A model generated the notes under the pieces. That model was not told the origin of the DNA. It did no database searches and saw only the letters and a program-made list of their open reading frames with translations. Below are positions 1-10,135 of a stretch of 64,000 nt of DNA, piece by piece. The first letter of the stretch is position 1. Each line of letters starts with the position of its first letter. Made by a program: the position numbers and the translations under genes. The DNA comes from an uncultured virus (IMG/VR IMGVR_UViG_3300044653_000122). Taxonomy: Duplodnaviria; Heunggongvirae; Uroviricota; Caudoviricetes. The stretch lies in the IMG/VR virus record IMGVR_UViG_3300044653_000122. One strand, given 5' to 3'.

Positions 1-298
1 GGTCCCATGATATAGGGCCACCGGGGGCTCCTTCTCCTCGTAGCCGAGGTTGACCTCCACGGAATGCCCCTGGCTTGCGCGGATCTTCCTACCGTCGGAG
101 GAGTACTCAAAGCGCTTCTTGTTGTTGTCCCGGACTACTTCGTCGAGTTGATCTTGTGTCATCTTCATCGCGGGGAGGAGCTTCTCGACCTCAACCCAGC
201 CCGCCGAGTCCAAGACGAGTCCCACGCTTCCTGGGTTATGCCGGAGGACGAGGCTGAGGTGCTTGCTGTGTCGAACGAGGTCTTTGCTCATGTCGCCA

Positions 299-631
299 TC
301 ATTCGTCGTCGAACAACTCTGGCGTCAAGATGCGCTCGATGTCCTCACACCCCGCGCACGTGCCCATGATGCTCCGCCCGTGTTCACAGAAATTGGGATC
401 CTCCAGCAGCGAGAATTTGCACGCCTTGACGGCCAGTTCCCTCCAGAGCTTTCGGTCGTCTCGGTCGGCGGCTTCCCTGGCTTGCTCGATAATATTGCCA
501 CGTTCGACCTTCTCGGCATCCCATCGCTGTACAATAGCGAGCTGCTGAGGGGAGAGTAGGGTCTTGCGCTCCTCCCGCTTCTTCGTCAGGTTGGCACGTT
601 CGGCCTCTGACAGGTCGTCCAGATCACGCAT
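299..631 (-). CDS. hypothetical protein
   Basis: ATG ORF co-oriented with neighbours; CxH..CxxC near the C-terminus. Confidence 0.55.
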   Translation of the reverse strand: MRDLDDLSEAERANLTKKREERKTLLSPQQLAIVQRWDAEKVERGNIIEQAREAADRDDRKLWRELAVKACKFSLLEDPNFCEHGRSIMGTCAGCEDIERILTPELFDDE

Positions 632-642
632 GGTCTGTTAGG

Positions 643-843
643 TCAGTCTTTCGGGCTTGCGGCCGGTTGGACGGGCTTGATCCACGGGAGGTCATCGACC
701 GAATCAAGCCACTCGACGTCCTTGGGAGCGCCGGTCCCGCGTCCGCCCATCTGGCCGACGTTGAGGTCCGTGCCCGGGAAGTAGCAGCCGTACGACTCCG
801 AGCCCTCGGAAACCTTCTTCCAGCGTCGCGGTGCGTGGTTCAT
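643..843 (-). CDS. hypothetical protein
   Basis: short ORF packed between co-oriented genes. Confidence 0.5.
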   Translation of the reverse strand: MNHAPRRWKKVSEGSESYGCYFPGTDLNVGQMGGRGTGAPKDVEWLDSVDDLPWIKPVQPAASPKD

Positions 844-892
844 CAGAACCCCCTATGTGCCATCACCCATGCGTGCCCTAAAGTACACCGCA

Positions 893-3373
893 TCAGTCAG
901 CCCCTTTCAGGTTGCAGACGGGGTACAAGCGGTGGGCGACCCGTGCGATGTTCTCAGACTCCAGAACCCCAAGAACGGAGTCCAAATCCTTGTAAACGTG
1001 CGCGCATTCGTCCAACGGAATGTGGCGGTGGTTGGAGACGATGCCCTCGATCTGGACGCCGTCGAACGTCCTCTTGACCGTGTTCATTTCCTCGTCGATG
1101 GCTTCCTGCCTGTGTTCCAGCTTCCGCTTGGCCTCCCCGCGGGCCATGATGCGCCCGCTCCCGTGGTTGACGGAGCACGCGGTCTTGTAGGCCCCCGCCT
1201 GACCGAAGAGGATGGCCGCACCCTCGTACATCGAGCCCGGGATGAGGCACGGATGGCCCGTCTTCTCCCACTGGGTACCAGCGAGGTCCGGGTGCCCGGC
1301 CGGGAACGCCCTCGTGGCGCCCTTCCTGTGGACGAAGCCCTTCTTGGTCGTCCCATCGGGTAGAACGAGAGTCTCCTCCTGGACGAGGTTGTGGCTGATC
1401 TCGTAGTAGACGTTGACATCCGCCTGGAAGATGTCCCGGGTCGCCGCCCGCACGCCGTCCACGATGATGTGACGGTTGGCCACGGCGAAGTTCGCCGCCG
1501 AGTTGTGGTGAGCCCAATACTCCTTGCCGAGGGGCTCGTCAGCACGGAGCCAGGAGTCGTCTCGGCGGTTCGAGGGCAGGCCACGGAGCTTAGCTCCGGC
1601 GTGGAAGAAGTAATCAGCCGTCTGCCAGCCATACCCACGAGAGCCACAGTGGACCATGATATAGACTTTGCCCGTGTCGCGGTCGACCTGCATCTCCACG
1701 AAATGATTGCCCCCGCCGACTGATCCAAGCTGGCCATTGACGCTCTTGTACGCCTTGTCGATCTTGGTGAGGTCGGTCGTCTCGGGGACGGGGATGTACT
1801 GGCGCTCACAGAGCTTCGCGTCGACCCCGAGGGCCTTGGCCCCATACCGAAGGATCTCGTCCGTCTTCGACTTGTTGAAAACGGGCATGAGTTCCGGTCG
1901 TGAGTGACCCTTCCCGGTCGCAATACGCTTCTCAACCTCGTTGACCCAGCGACGGCGCTCGTACTTGCTCTTCACGGAGCCTGCGTTGAGATCAGCTTCC
2001 ATGTAGAGGACCCCGCAGTTGTGGACAAATACACCTGCACTGAGTGCGAAGTTTGCGTACTTCTCGACAGTCAGGCAGTAGACATCAGCAGTGCGCTCGA
2101 TGGCGCGCACTGCAACAACCTTGTGGTTGTTGTGTCCAGTTACAATGTGGTGTGAGAGACCCTTCGCGCCAAAACACTCACGTCCACAGTGCGGGCAATT
2201 GAGGACCGTATGCTTCGCTCGAAGAGCTTCGAGTCGAAGCTGACGTTTGCTATTGGGCTTGACGCGGCCTCGATTTCTGATGCCGATGGCACGCGATGTC
2301 GCTCGACCCTTCTCACTCTGGTTGTATTTGACCAGACTGCCCTTGTTCCGCTGGCCGACTCCTGCACGATGATCCTTGTAGCCCCCTCGCGCGTTCACTT
2401 TTTTGTTCGTTTCTGCCATCGAGTTCCTACGGCGCTCGCGAAACGCAGGGTCGGCTTGAAGTCGGGTCATGTTTGCGGATCCCATGGCCGAGTACATCTC
2501 AGGATACAATTTGTGAGCCTTTGCGCCCCACGTCTCACCACGCATCAGCCGCTCTTTCGCCGTCCTTGAATGCAGGAGGAAGTGATCATGCTGATCCATC
2601 TCGACCAGGAAGCGGGGGTCGTCATTTCGCTTGTCCCGGTTCGGGTTGGCTGGGTTGAAGATGTCGTGGTGGACGACACGGGGCCAGATTGGCACGTATC
2701 CGTGAAATTCCCTGAATGAGACCCGGTACATTCTCTCGGTAGAGTTGTCTGCTGGATGCCGGACATTGCAATAACCGTCCTCATACGTTCTATAGAGGGG
2801 CATGAGGGAGGCGCCCTCCATAAGGGCACCAGCTTCACAGTAGGTGCCATCGCGCAACATGAATTCGTGATCTGGCGTAACGCAGATCGTCTTTCCGTTG
2901 TCCAGATCCACTTCCACGAGCTTGGCGTTAGTACGAATCTTGCGTGGACTGTGAGCTTTTCCGGCGGTCACTCGTCCGGCCGGCGTCATCGAATAGACGT
3001 AGAACTCACCCCCCTTGCCGTACTGCTTGACCAGCTCTGTAAAACTCATTTCACGCCCATCAACAAGGGGGACCTCGGTCTCCTCAGTGAAACAGGAGAT
3101 GTCGTAGCCGGACGCGCCCTGGATGATCGTGTCCTCGGTGACGATGACCGATCCGATGGGGACGCCGAAGCCGACATGTGCGTCCGGCATCAGATAGGCG
3201 CCGATCACGCCAGGAAACGAAGCGCCATCCACGATCTGCTTCCAAGCTTTCTCCTCAGAAGAAGCGTACAGGTCGTCTGAAAAGAAGGCGTGGACGTCCA
3301 CCTTCATCTCCCCCGTCTTCGGGAGGACGTAGTGGCCGTCGCTGATTCTCTGGACTGCGTACTTGAAGCTCAT
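893..3373 (-). CDS. rtcB: RtcB RNA 3'-phosphate/5'-OH ligase, intein-containing
   Basis: motifs MPDAHVGFG, GYDIS-C-G, GSVGGGNHFVE, VHCGSRG, HN, HRKGAT, PGSM, NHGSGR, DE..YKD. Confidence 0.95.
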   Translation of the reverse strand: MSFKYAVQRISDGHYVLPKTGEMKVDVHAFFSDDLYASSEEKAWKQIVDGASFPGVIGAYLMPDAHVGFGVPIGSVIVTEDTIIQGASGYDISCFTEETEVPLVDGREMSFTELVKQYGKGGEFYVYSMTPAGRVTAGKAHSPRKIRTNAKLVEVDLDNGKTICVTPDHEFMLRDGTYCEAGALMEGASLMPLYRTYEDGYCNVRHPADNSTERMYRVSFREFHGYVPIWPRVVHHDIFNPANPNRDKRNDDPRFLVEMDQHDHFLLHSRTAKERLMRGETWGAKAHKLYPEMYSAMGSANMTRLQADPAFRERRRNSMAETNKKVNARGGYKDHRAGVGQRNKGSLVKYNQSEKGRATSRAIGIRNRGRVKPNSKRQLRLEALRAKHTVLNCPHCGRECFGAKGLSHHIVTGHNNHKVVAVRAIERTADVYCLTVEKYANFALSAGVFVHNCGVLYMEADLNAGSVKSKYERRRWVNEVEKRIATGKGHSRPELMPVFNKSKTDEILRYGAKALGVDAKLCERQYIPVPETTDLTKIDKAYKSVNGQLGSVGGGNHFVEMQVDRDTGKVYIMVHCGSRGYGWQTADYFFHAGAKLRGLPSNRRDDSWLRADEPLGKEYWAHHNSAANFAVANRHIIVDGVRAATRDIFQADVNVYYEISHNLVQEETLVLPDGTTKKGFVHRKGATRAFPAGHPDLAGTQWEKTGHPCLIPGSMYEGAAILFGQAGAYKTACSVNHGSGRIMARGEAKRKLEHRQEAIDEEMNTVKRTFDGVQIEGIVSNHRHIPLDECAHVYKDLDSVLGVLESENIARVAHRLYPVCNLKGAD
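2018..3094 (-). mobile_element. intein (~359 aa) with internal endonuclease-like region
   Basis: begins CFTEET, block B VTPDHEF, ends VYCLTVEKYANFALSAGVFVHN followed by Cys(+1). Confidence 0.93.
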
Positions 3374-3801
3374 GGCGTTCTCACGAATCGTTCGAGGCGG
3401 CCGTCGTCGCGGAACTCGGCCGCGATGTAGCCTCTCTCGTCCTCGGCCCGGACCCCGACGATGCCGTTGAGAAGGCCGAGGAACCCGAGCGTAGAGTTCC
3501 TGTTGGCGTCGATGATCACCTGAATGGTAGGGTGGTTCAGGGCCTCTCCGGAGACCATGACACGCGTCTCAACGAGACGTTCGATGTCCGCCCGCACCGC
3601 TTCCGAGTCCTGGAGGATCGTATTCAGACGTTTGATCACGACATCGGCGAGGTCCGCGTCCGCGCGCGGAATGTCATAGTGATCACGACATGCCTGCATG
3701 TCAGCGAGCACCTTGAGCAGGTCTTCCTTGCTCATCTCGGCCGAGCACGTGGGACACGGATTGTAGAAGCCGTCCGCGCGAGTATGATTGAAGCTGGGCA
3801 C
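3370..3801 (-). CDS. hypothetical protein
   Basis: ORF with 4-nt overlap to the rtcB start. Confidence 0.65.
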   Translation of the reverse strand: MPSFNHTRADGFYNPCPTCSAEMSKEDLLKVLADMQACRDHYDIPRADADLADVVIKRLNTILQDSEAVRADIERLVETRVMVSGEALNHPTIQVIIDANRNSTLGFLGLLNGIVGVRAEDERGYIAAEFRDDGRLERFVRTP

Positions 3802-3802
3802 G

Positions 3803-4582
3803 TTACGCTTCCTTGGGCCGGTAGGTGAGGATGTTCATGAATAGCTCACCCTGTTCTTTGGCATCCTCGACAGCGACGTGAGTGTGCTTGCTCTCCGGGA
3901 ACCAGCTCTTCGGCATGTTCCGCTTCGTAGTCTCGCGATAGGGGAGCCTGAGGACGGCACTCGCATAGCTCTTGATGTCCAGGGCCGAGAAGCTGAACGG
4001 GCTTTGGAACCCAAACGCGATGATGTAATGGTATACGAACGTAAAGTCGAACCCAGCCGGGTAGCCCACGAAGACCGGCTTCCCAGGGATCGCGTTGACC
4101 CACTTGACGAACGCCCCAATGGCCTCTTTGGGGTCTCGGGGGTTCTTCGTGGCTGCGTCCCAAGCCTCTGGATTCTTGTCCCAGAACTCAGCCTTGGTGA
4201 CTGGGTCCATCTTGGCTCCTGGAAGGGGCTCCAAGTTGGCCGAGAACGTGTCCACCATTCGATACTTGAGGGGCCTGACGCCAAGGCCATCGGGAAGGTG
4301 GAGATCACTCACTGGAACCGCGAGTGCAAAGGCCGCAGCCCCTAGGCTCAGCATCGAGTGAGGTCCGGGGATCGGACCATCGGTCTCGATGTCGACGCTA
4401 ATATAGATGCTGTCGTCCATAGGTTTCTGATCCGGGTTGTGCAGGCGTTGCAAACGATGAAGGGCTGGGATGGCCTTCTGGAGGTCTCCACCGGACTGGT
4501 GCACCACGCGGCGGCACTGGCTCATGGAGGCCCCAGTCTTCTCGTGGGCCTCCCTGGCCTTGATTTCGTTCTCGCGACTCAT
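3803..4582 (-). CDS. DEDDh 3'-5' exoribonuclease (RNase AS/Rv2179c-like) with EF-Ts-N/UBA-like N-terminus
   Basis: SVDIETDG, AGFDF, ALDIKS, HTHVAVEDA; N-terminus EKTGASMSQCRR..GDLQKAI. Confidence 0.8.
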   Translation of the reverse strand: MSRENEIKAREAHEKTGASMSQCRRVVHQSGGDLQKAIPALHRLQRLHNPDQKPMDDSIYISVDIETDGPIPGPHSMLSLGAAAFALAVPVSDLHLPDGLGVRPLKYRMVDTFSANLEPLPGAKMDPVTKAEFWDKNPEAWDAATKNPRDPKEAIGAFVKWVNAIPGKPVFVGYPAGFDFTFVYHYIIAFGFQSPFSFSALDIKSYASAVLRLPYRETTKRNMPKSWFPESKHTHVAVEDAKEQGELFMNILTYRPKEA

Positions 4583-5148
4583 CTGCCGAAAGATGCGTAG
4601 CGGAAGGAGTCGAAGATAATGCGCTTAGCTTGAGGACTGAGCGGCCCGAGCTTGTGGTCTGCTTTGGGGGACCAGACGCCGTCCCACTTGGGGCCGGTGA
4701 CCATGATGCTGTAGCTCGTGCCTCCGAGGGGTCGGACAGAGTGCCACCCGTTGGGCCGGATCATCTCGTACGTAGACCCTTTCGTGAGCACAAGGGTAGC
4801 AGCACACGGTGGGGGCACTTGGAACGAATCCCCATCCCTGAGAACGTCCTGCATTCTCCCATACCCCATCTGCATCTTTCCATACCCTAGTGCCATCATG
4901 TAGCTCCCCGAGAGGATCTTGATGGCACTAGGCCACGGATGGGGGTGGTAGAGCGCCTTCTCACATGGGTGGATGCGATGGAGGTACAGACGACCGTCCT
5001 CAAACTCCCGCCAGAGCCGTTCGACCCGCGGGGGCTCGTAGTTCACGTCGAGGGTGCGCCAGCTATCGAAGCTGGAGTCGTCAAGCAGACCTTCCTCCAA
5101 GGCATGCTCCGCCCGAATCAGCATGTCCAACATCTCCCCGTCGCGCAT
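4579..5148 (-). CDS. cupin-like hypothetical protein
   Basis: HPHPW and WHSV motifs; GGTGTA motif upstream. Confidence 0.6.
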   Translation of the reverse strand: MRDGEMLDMLIRAEHALEEGLLDDSSFDSWRTLDVNYEPPRVERLWREFEDGRLYLHRIHPCEKALYHPHPWPSAIKILSGSYMMALGYGKMQMGYGRMQDVLRDGDSFQVPPPCAATLVLTKGSTYEMIRPNGWHSVRPLGGTSYSIMVTGPKWDGVWSPKADHKLGPLSPQAKRIIFDSFRYASFGR

Positions 5149-5156
5149 GATCTCTA

Positions 5157-5513
5157 CTACACCGGATACCCGGCTGTTTGGACGACTTCTTGGAGCCGGA
5201 GGAAGCGCTCCTTGGCCGTCTTGTAGGCGCGCTCGACGGTCCCAGCTACGTCGTCAACGAACTGACGCTCCAAGTGCCCCCGCGAGTGTCCAACGTAGAC
5301 GTACTGGTTGTACGTGACGACTCTCTCGACTCCTTCGTGGGTCCAGTAGAAGGTGAAGCGAAGGAGCGGATCGTTGGGATCTCGGTCAGGTGGTCTGACC
5401 TCCTCGCTCCGATACGACAGTTCTTCCGCTGGGTAGAGGGGCCCCTCGAAATCTTCGCCTCCAAGGGAGATGTAAATGAAGGCGCGAAGGGTTTCCTTGC
5501 GGATGGTAGGCAT
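5157..5513 (-). CDS. hypothetical protein
   Basis: ATG 11 nt after GGTGTA motif. Confidence 0.6.
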   Translation of the reverse strand: MPTIRKETLRAFIYISLGGEDFEGPLYPAEELSYRSEEVRPPDRDPNDPLLRFTFYWTHEGVERVVTYNQYVYVGHSRGHLERQFVDDVAGTVERAYKTAKERFLRLQEVVQTAGYPV

Positions 5514-5548
5514 GGGCCCACCACTACACCGAGTACATCAGCTCTTTG

Positions 5549-5635
5549 CGGAGAGTGAGGGGATCGAACCCCCGTGCGCTTTTGACGCAGCTTCCGATTT
5601 CAAGTCGGACGCCATTACCACTCGGCCAACTCTCC
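5549..5635 (-). tRNA. tRNA-Ser(TGA)
   Basis: cloverleaf, TCCGA-CTTGAAA-TCGGA, long variable arm. Confidence 0.9.
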
Positions 5636-5664
5636 AAGAGCCCCTTTCAGGGCTCACCAGAACC

Positions 5665-7338
5665 TTACCAGCTCTTGGACTTACGGGAAAGGCGATCTTT
5701 CCTCATGGCCTTGTGCTCGGCCTTGGCTTTGCTGTCCGTTCGTGGAGGGGGCGGGGGAGAGGGCGCGACACCAACCGGAGCAGGAGCGGGTTGGGCGCCC
5801 ATCAGGTTGAGGTTGACACCGTTGGAGGAGACGATCCCAAAAGTGTGGTCGAAGACCCTAGAGGAGTCAACGACACCGCCACCGACAGGCGCCACACCAC
5901 CCCACTGGAGGCTGCTGTCCCCGAGACTCGTGGTTGGCCAGACCTGGCCAACCACCGGGGCGACCGATGCCGCGTCCCCCGCGAAGGCGTTCGAGGTGCT
6001 GGTCTGGACCGAGTTCGACAGCGACACCCCGTACGAAGCGAGGGCCGCCGAAGCGCTCGTATCATAGGAGGCCCCGCCCATGGCGCGGGTGCCCCCCGTC
6101 GCCATGCTGCGGAGGTACCCTCCGTTGTCCTGGTACGCCTGGGCGCTGCACAGACGGATGCCCACCTGGCCGGCGAGATAAGCTGCTGCGGACTGGCCCC
6201 CAGCTCCGAAACGGCGTGCGGCCGTGGTCATGTGCTTGACGGCTCCCTGGTAGTCCCCGCGCTTGGCCAGCTCTTCGGCTTCGAGTTGTGCCTGAACGAC
6301 CTGAGCGAGGCTGATGATCTTGGCCAAATCGGTGGGCACCTCCTTGGACTCCTCGCCGGCCTTGACGAACTGGACCTTGGCCTTTGCCTCGTCTCCCTTG
6401 CGCTCCTTCTTGGAATTCGCATCGAGGATATCCCAGCCCGCCTTCACGTTGAAGACGTTGACCGCACGAGGCCCAACGTTGCCCTTCTGAGTCTTCAGCT
6501 TCACGGCGAGAACGATGTGGCGAGCCTCCTCGGCCAGAATGTCAGGGATCTTGATGCGGACCCCCTGTCCAACCTTCTCCTCTTCGGAGTCCACGTCGGA
6601 CACGACATCCGTGATCTCATGCTCCCCGCACGCCGAGATGTTGAGGAGCAGGTTCGTCGCGTACGTGCTGAGAAGACCGCCCAACTCCTTGCCGAACGCC
6701 GTGAGGGCGTCGTCCGGGTTCTGGACGAACGCGTAGTTGCCAGAGCCCTTCTTCGCCAGCTCAGCGAGGAGGTTCTGGTCCGCGTCGGCACCGTATCCGA
6801 AGGCGCTCGCCGTGCACGATCCCATGTTCGCTTCGAGGAGCTTCACGAGCCCAGCCAGGTCGCGAGCCGGACCCATGTTCGCCTGACCATCGGTGAAGAG
6901 AACGACGCGAACGATCACATCCCCGGGAAGGTCGAGCTTGTTCCCCAGTTCCAAACCCTTGAGAAGGGCGTCAGCGATGTTGGTGGCGTTCCCGCACGAG
7001 AGGCTCGCGACAGCGCGCTTGAGGGACGCCTTGTTCTCAGCCGTCACCTTCATCGGGCGTGCGACGACTTCTGCCGACCCGCTGAATTGGACAAGACCGC
7101 AGTAGTCGGTGGGCGCGAGATGGTCGAGGAGCTTGTCGACCGAGCGTTTGGCGTAGTTGATCTTCTGCCCACCCGACTCGTACATCGACGGCGACACATC
7201 GATGAGAGGGATGATGCAGAGCTTCGAGCGCGTGGCCTCCGCCTCGATGGGGGGTGCGGTCAGAGTGACGACCAGGTGCGCATCCGTGTCCTGGTCGTGA
7301 CGGATTTTTTCGAACGAGAGAGCGGCTTCTACCTTCAT
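5665..7338 (-). CDS. vWA domain protein
   Basis: DVSPSM, ATNI, LFTDGQAN, AFGYG MIDAS-type motifs. Confidence 0.85.
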   Translation of the reverse strand: MKVEAALSFEKIRHDQDTDAHLVVTLTAPPIEAEATRSKLCIIPLIDVSPSMYESGGQKINYAKRSVDKLLDHLAPTDYCGLVQFSGSAEVVARPMKVTAENKASLKRAVASLSCGNATNIADALLKGLELGNKLDLPGDVIVRVVLFTDGQANMGPARDLAGLVKLLEANMGSCTASAFGYGADADQNLLAELAKKGSGNYAFVQNPDDALTAFGKELGGLLSTYATNLLLNISACGEHEITDVVSDVDSEEEKVGQGVRIKIPDILAEEARHIVLAVKLKTQKGNVGPRAVNVFNVKAGWDILDANSKKERKGDEAKAKVQFVKAGEESKEVPTDLAKIISLAQVVQAQLEAEELAKRGDYQGAVKHMTTAARRFGAGGQSAAAYLAGQVGIRLCSAQAYQDNGGYLRSMATGGTRAMGGASYDTSASAALASYGVSLSNSVQTSTSNAFAGDAASVAPVVGQVWPTTSLGDSSLQWGGVAPVGGGVVDSSRVFDHTFGIVSSNGVNLNLMGAQPAPAPVGVAPSPPPPPRTDSKAKAEHKAMRKDRLSRKSKSW

Positions 7339-7597
7339 GGGACTCCTCCGTGCTTCGACGGGTCGGTCACACCCGGGATGCGGACCTGACGAAGGGTCCC
7401 AAATCCACGAGCTGCCTTAGCGATCGTCCAAACCGTCCCCCCAAACCCAAAGGTGCGGGGGCCGGCGACGGAGGCCCAAACCCAAAGGGTGCGGTCTCCG
7501 TGTGTGCCTCTACCCTTTACACCAGGAACCTGTTGCGCGCGAGCTTTTTCTTTGATCGACCGACCCTGCGGTGTAAGAGACGATCGAAGGAGCCCTG

Positions 7598-9967
7598 ATG
7601 GCACACACGACAAGTTCGTTCAAGGTGGCGACCAACCTGCACCTCGTCCGCCACACGATTTCGCAAGACAAGGCACCCCCGGCCAAGCCGGTGGAGATCC
7701 CCACCGATCACATCGCGATCTTCGACTGCTCTGGCTCGATGGCCTGGGATCTTCCCAAGATCCGCAGCCAGATGAAGAAGAAGCTCCCCAAGATGCTGAA
7801 GAAGGAGGACACCTTCTCGGCGATCTGGTTCAGCGGGCGCGGCCAGTGCGGCATCCTCCTGGAGAAGGAGCCCGTAGCGACCCTCACGGACCTCGCGACC
7901 GTGGAGAAGGCCATCGACCGCTGGCTGACCCCCAACGGTCTCACGGGCTTCAAGGACCCCCTGGAGAAGGCGGTGGGCTTGGCGGAGAAGCTCGGCGGCA
8001 AGGGTCGCGTCACCTCTCTCATGTTCCTGTCCGACGGCTGCGACAACCAGTGGCCGCGCGCCGACATCCTCAAGGTGATGGAGAAGCTCGGGCCCAAGGT
8101 CTCCTCGACCACGATCGTCGAGTACGGCTACTACGCCGATCGTCCCCTCCTGACCGCGATGGCGGAGAAGGCCGGCGGGTCGCTGATCTTCGCCGAGGAC
8201 TTCGACCGCTACGAGCCCGCCTTCGAGGGCATCCTCACGAAGAAGGTCTCGGGCGGCAAGCGTATCGAGGTCGCCGTCAAGGGGGATCCCGTCGGAGGGA
8301 TCGCCTACGCTCTCGTGGACGGAGACCTCGTGACCTTCGCGGCTTCCTCTGGCACCATCGCGGTCCCGGAGGATCTCAAGGAGGTCTTCTACCTGTCCCC
8401 ATCGTCCATCGGTGAGACCCGCTCGGACATCCACACGCTCTCGAAGAGCGAGGCGGATCCGAAGTCCGAGGTGATGGACTCCTTCGCAGTCGGCGCCACC
8501 TATGCTGCCGTCAGCCTTTTCGCCGTCCGCATGAAGCCGGACGTCGTCTTCCCGCTCCTCAAGGCGCTCGGCGATGTGAAGCTCATCGAACAGTTCGCCA
8601 ACTGTTTCGGCAAGCAGAAGTACTCCACGTTCATGGACGACGCCAAGAGCCTCGCGTTCGGGGCGGCCAAGCGCTTCGAGAAGGGCTGGGATCCGAACAA
8701 GGTCCCCCGCGACGACGCCTTCACCATCCTGCACGTGCTGGAGCTGCTCCAGACCGACTTCAAGGCCCGCGTCCTCCTCGACGACCCCAACTTCAAGTAC
8801 TCGAAGATCGGTCGTGGCCGCGTCGATGTGAGCGCCGACCTCACCGAGGCCGAGCTGGAGGAGCTACGCAAGCTCACCGACGCCCTCTCCAAGGAGAAGG
8901 ACGTCACGAAGATCAAGGAGCTGAACGGCAAGATCGCCGCCTTCACCGAGAACAAGAACGAGACGCTCAAGTTCGTCGGGACCCCCCAGCCCGACGGCTA
9001 TCCCATCCTCAAGCTGACGTTCAACGAGGACCGGCCCAACGTCTCGATCCTCACGAAGCGTCCAGGGACCATCGACCTCTCGAAACGCCTCAAGGACGCC
9101 CCCAACAAGAACATCCCGGCGACCTTCGAGACCTACGTCTACCGCAACTACGCCCTCATCAAGGACGGCCTCGTCAACGTCGAGCGACTCCCCGTGCGCG
9201 TGTCGGCCGAGACCTACACGAAACTCACCAAGGAGGGGGTCCACGACGCTCTCGGCCGCACGCCAGCCGCGGGAGGCGAGACGGTCGACCTCGTGATCGA
9301 CCTCAAGGCCCTGCCGGTCATCAACCGCCAGATGGTCAAGGCCGTGAGCGCCAAGGTCTTCTTCAACGTCCAGTACGAGCTGGTACGCGCCCAGTGCGCC
9401 CAGAAGGTCTTCAACTCCTACGCGAAGGAGTTGGGCCTGGAGAAGAAGGTTGCGGGCTTCGTCGAGAAGTACGGCGAGGACGGCACCAAGTGGCTCAAGG
9501 AGCAGGGCATCGGCGACGGCTACCAGCCGCCGCACACGAAGCAGACCGAGTCCACGGACTTCTACGTGGGCAAGGAGCTGACGGTCACCCTGGCCAAGCT
9601 GGGCAAGCTCCCGAGCCTCAAGGAAGCCAAGGAGCAGCTCAACAAGGGCAAGCTGAACGCCCCTGGCGCGCTCATGGCGGAGACCATCAAGGAGGTCGAG
9701 GCCTACATGGCGTCCTCGGCGTACACGGGCGCCGCCAACAAGGACCAGGCGATCCTCGCCTGGCTGGAGACCCACAAGAAGGCGGCGACCGAGAAGTGCC
9801 GCAAGCTCATCTTCGAGATCGCCCAGACCACCTTCGCGCTCATCGTCGGCCAGGTCTGGTTCACGGAGTTCTCCTCGATCGACGAGAACTCGATGGACCT
9901 CGACGTCGGCGGCGGTCAGAAGATCGCCTGCAAGGCCGAGATGCGCGACATCGAGATCAAAATCTGA
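7598..9967 (+). CDS. vWA domain protein
   Basis: DCSGSM, LTGF, FLSDG; strong SD and strong codon bias. Confidence 0.85.
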   Translation: MAHTTSSFKVATNLHLVRHTISQDKAPPAKPVEIPTDHIAIFDCSGSMAWDLPKIRSQMKKKLPKMLKKEDTFSAIWFSGRGQCGILLEKEPVATLTDLATVEKAIDRWLTPNGLTGFKDPLEKAVGLAEKLGGKGRVTSLMFLSDGCDNQWPRADILKVMEKLGPKVSSTTIVEYGYYADRPLLTAMAEKAGGSLIFAEDFDRYEPAFEGILTKKVSGGKRIEVAVKGDPVGGIAYALVDGDLVTFAASSGTIAVPEDLKEVFYLSPSSIGETRSDIHTLSKSEADPKSEVMDSFAVGATYAAVSLFAVRMKPDVVFPLLKALGDVKLIEQFANCFGKQKYSTFMDDAKSLAFGAAKRFEKGWDPNKVPRDDAFTILHVLELLQTDFKARVLLDDPNFKYSKIGRGRVDVSADLTEAELEELRKLTDALSKEKDVTKIKELNGKIAAFTENKNETLKFVGTPQPDGYPILKLTFNEDRPNVSILTKRPGTIDLSKRLKDAPNKNIPATFETYVYRNYALIKDGLVNVERLPVRVSAETYTKLTKEGVHDALGRTPAAGGETVDLVIDLKALPVINRQMVKAVSAKVFFNVQYELVRAQCAQKVFNSYAKELGLEKKVAGFVEKYGEDGTKWLKEQGIGDGYQPPHTKQTESTDFYVGKELTVTLAKLGKLPSLKEAKEQLNKGKLNAPGALMAETIKEVEAYMASSAYTGAANKDQAILAWLETHKKAATEKCRKLIFEIAQTTFALIVGQVWFTEFSSIDENSMDLDVGGGQKIACKAEMRDIEIKI

Positions 9968-10036
9968 TCAGGACGCCCCACAACAGAGCGCCCTGATCAG
10001 ATTCGGGGGTCATGGTAGCGCATGACCCCCGATCTT

Positions 10037-10128
10037 TGGCGGAGAGAGAGGGATTCGAACCCTCGGTACCCCTTTCGGAATACACACGCTTTCCAGGCGT
10101 GCGCCATCGCCCACTCGGCCACCTCTCC
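10037..10128 (-). tRNA. tRNA-Ser(GGA)
   Basis: cloverleaf, long variable arm, encoded CCA. Confidence 0.92.
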
Positions 10129-10135
10129 AAAAACT

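Noticed and set aside
5476..7389. 637-aa plus-strand ORF (likewise 30362-32119, 37713-39725, 48755-50101)
   Set aside because: Antisense shadows of real GC-rich genes, with no recognisable motifs
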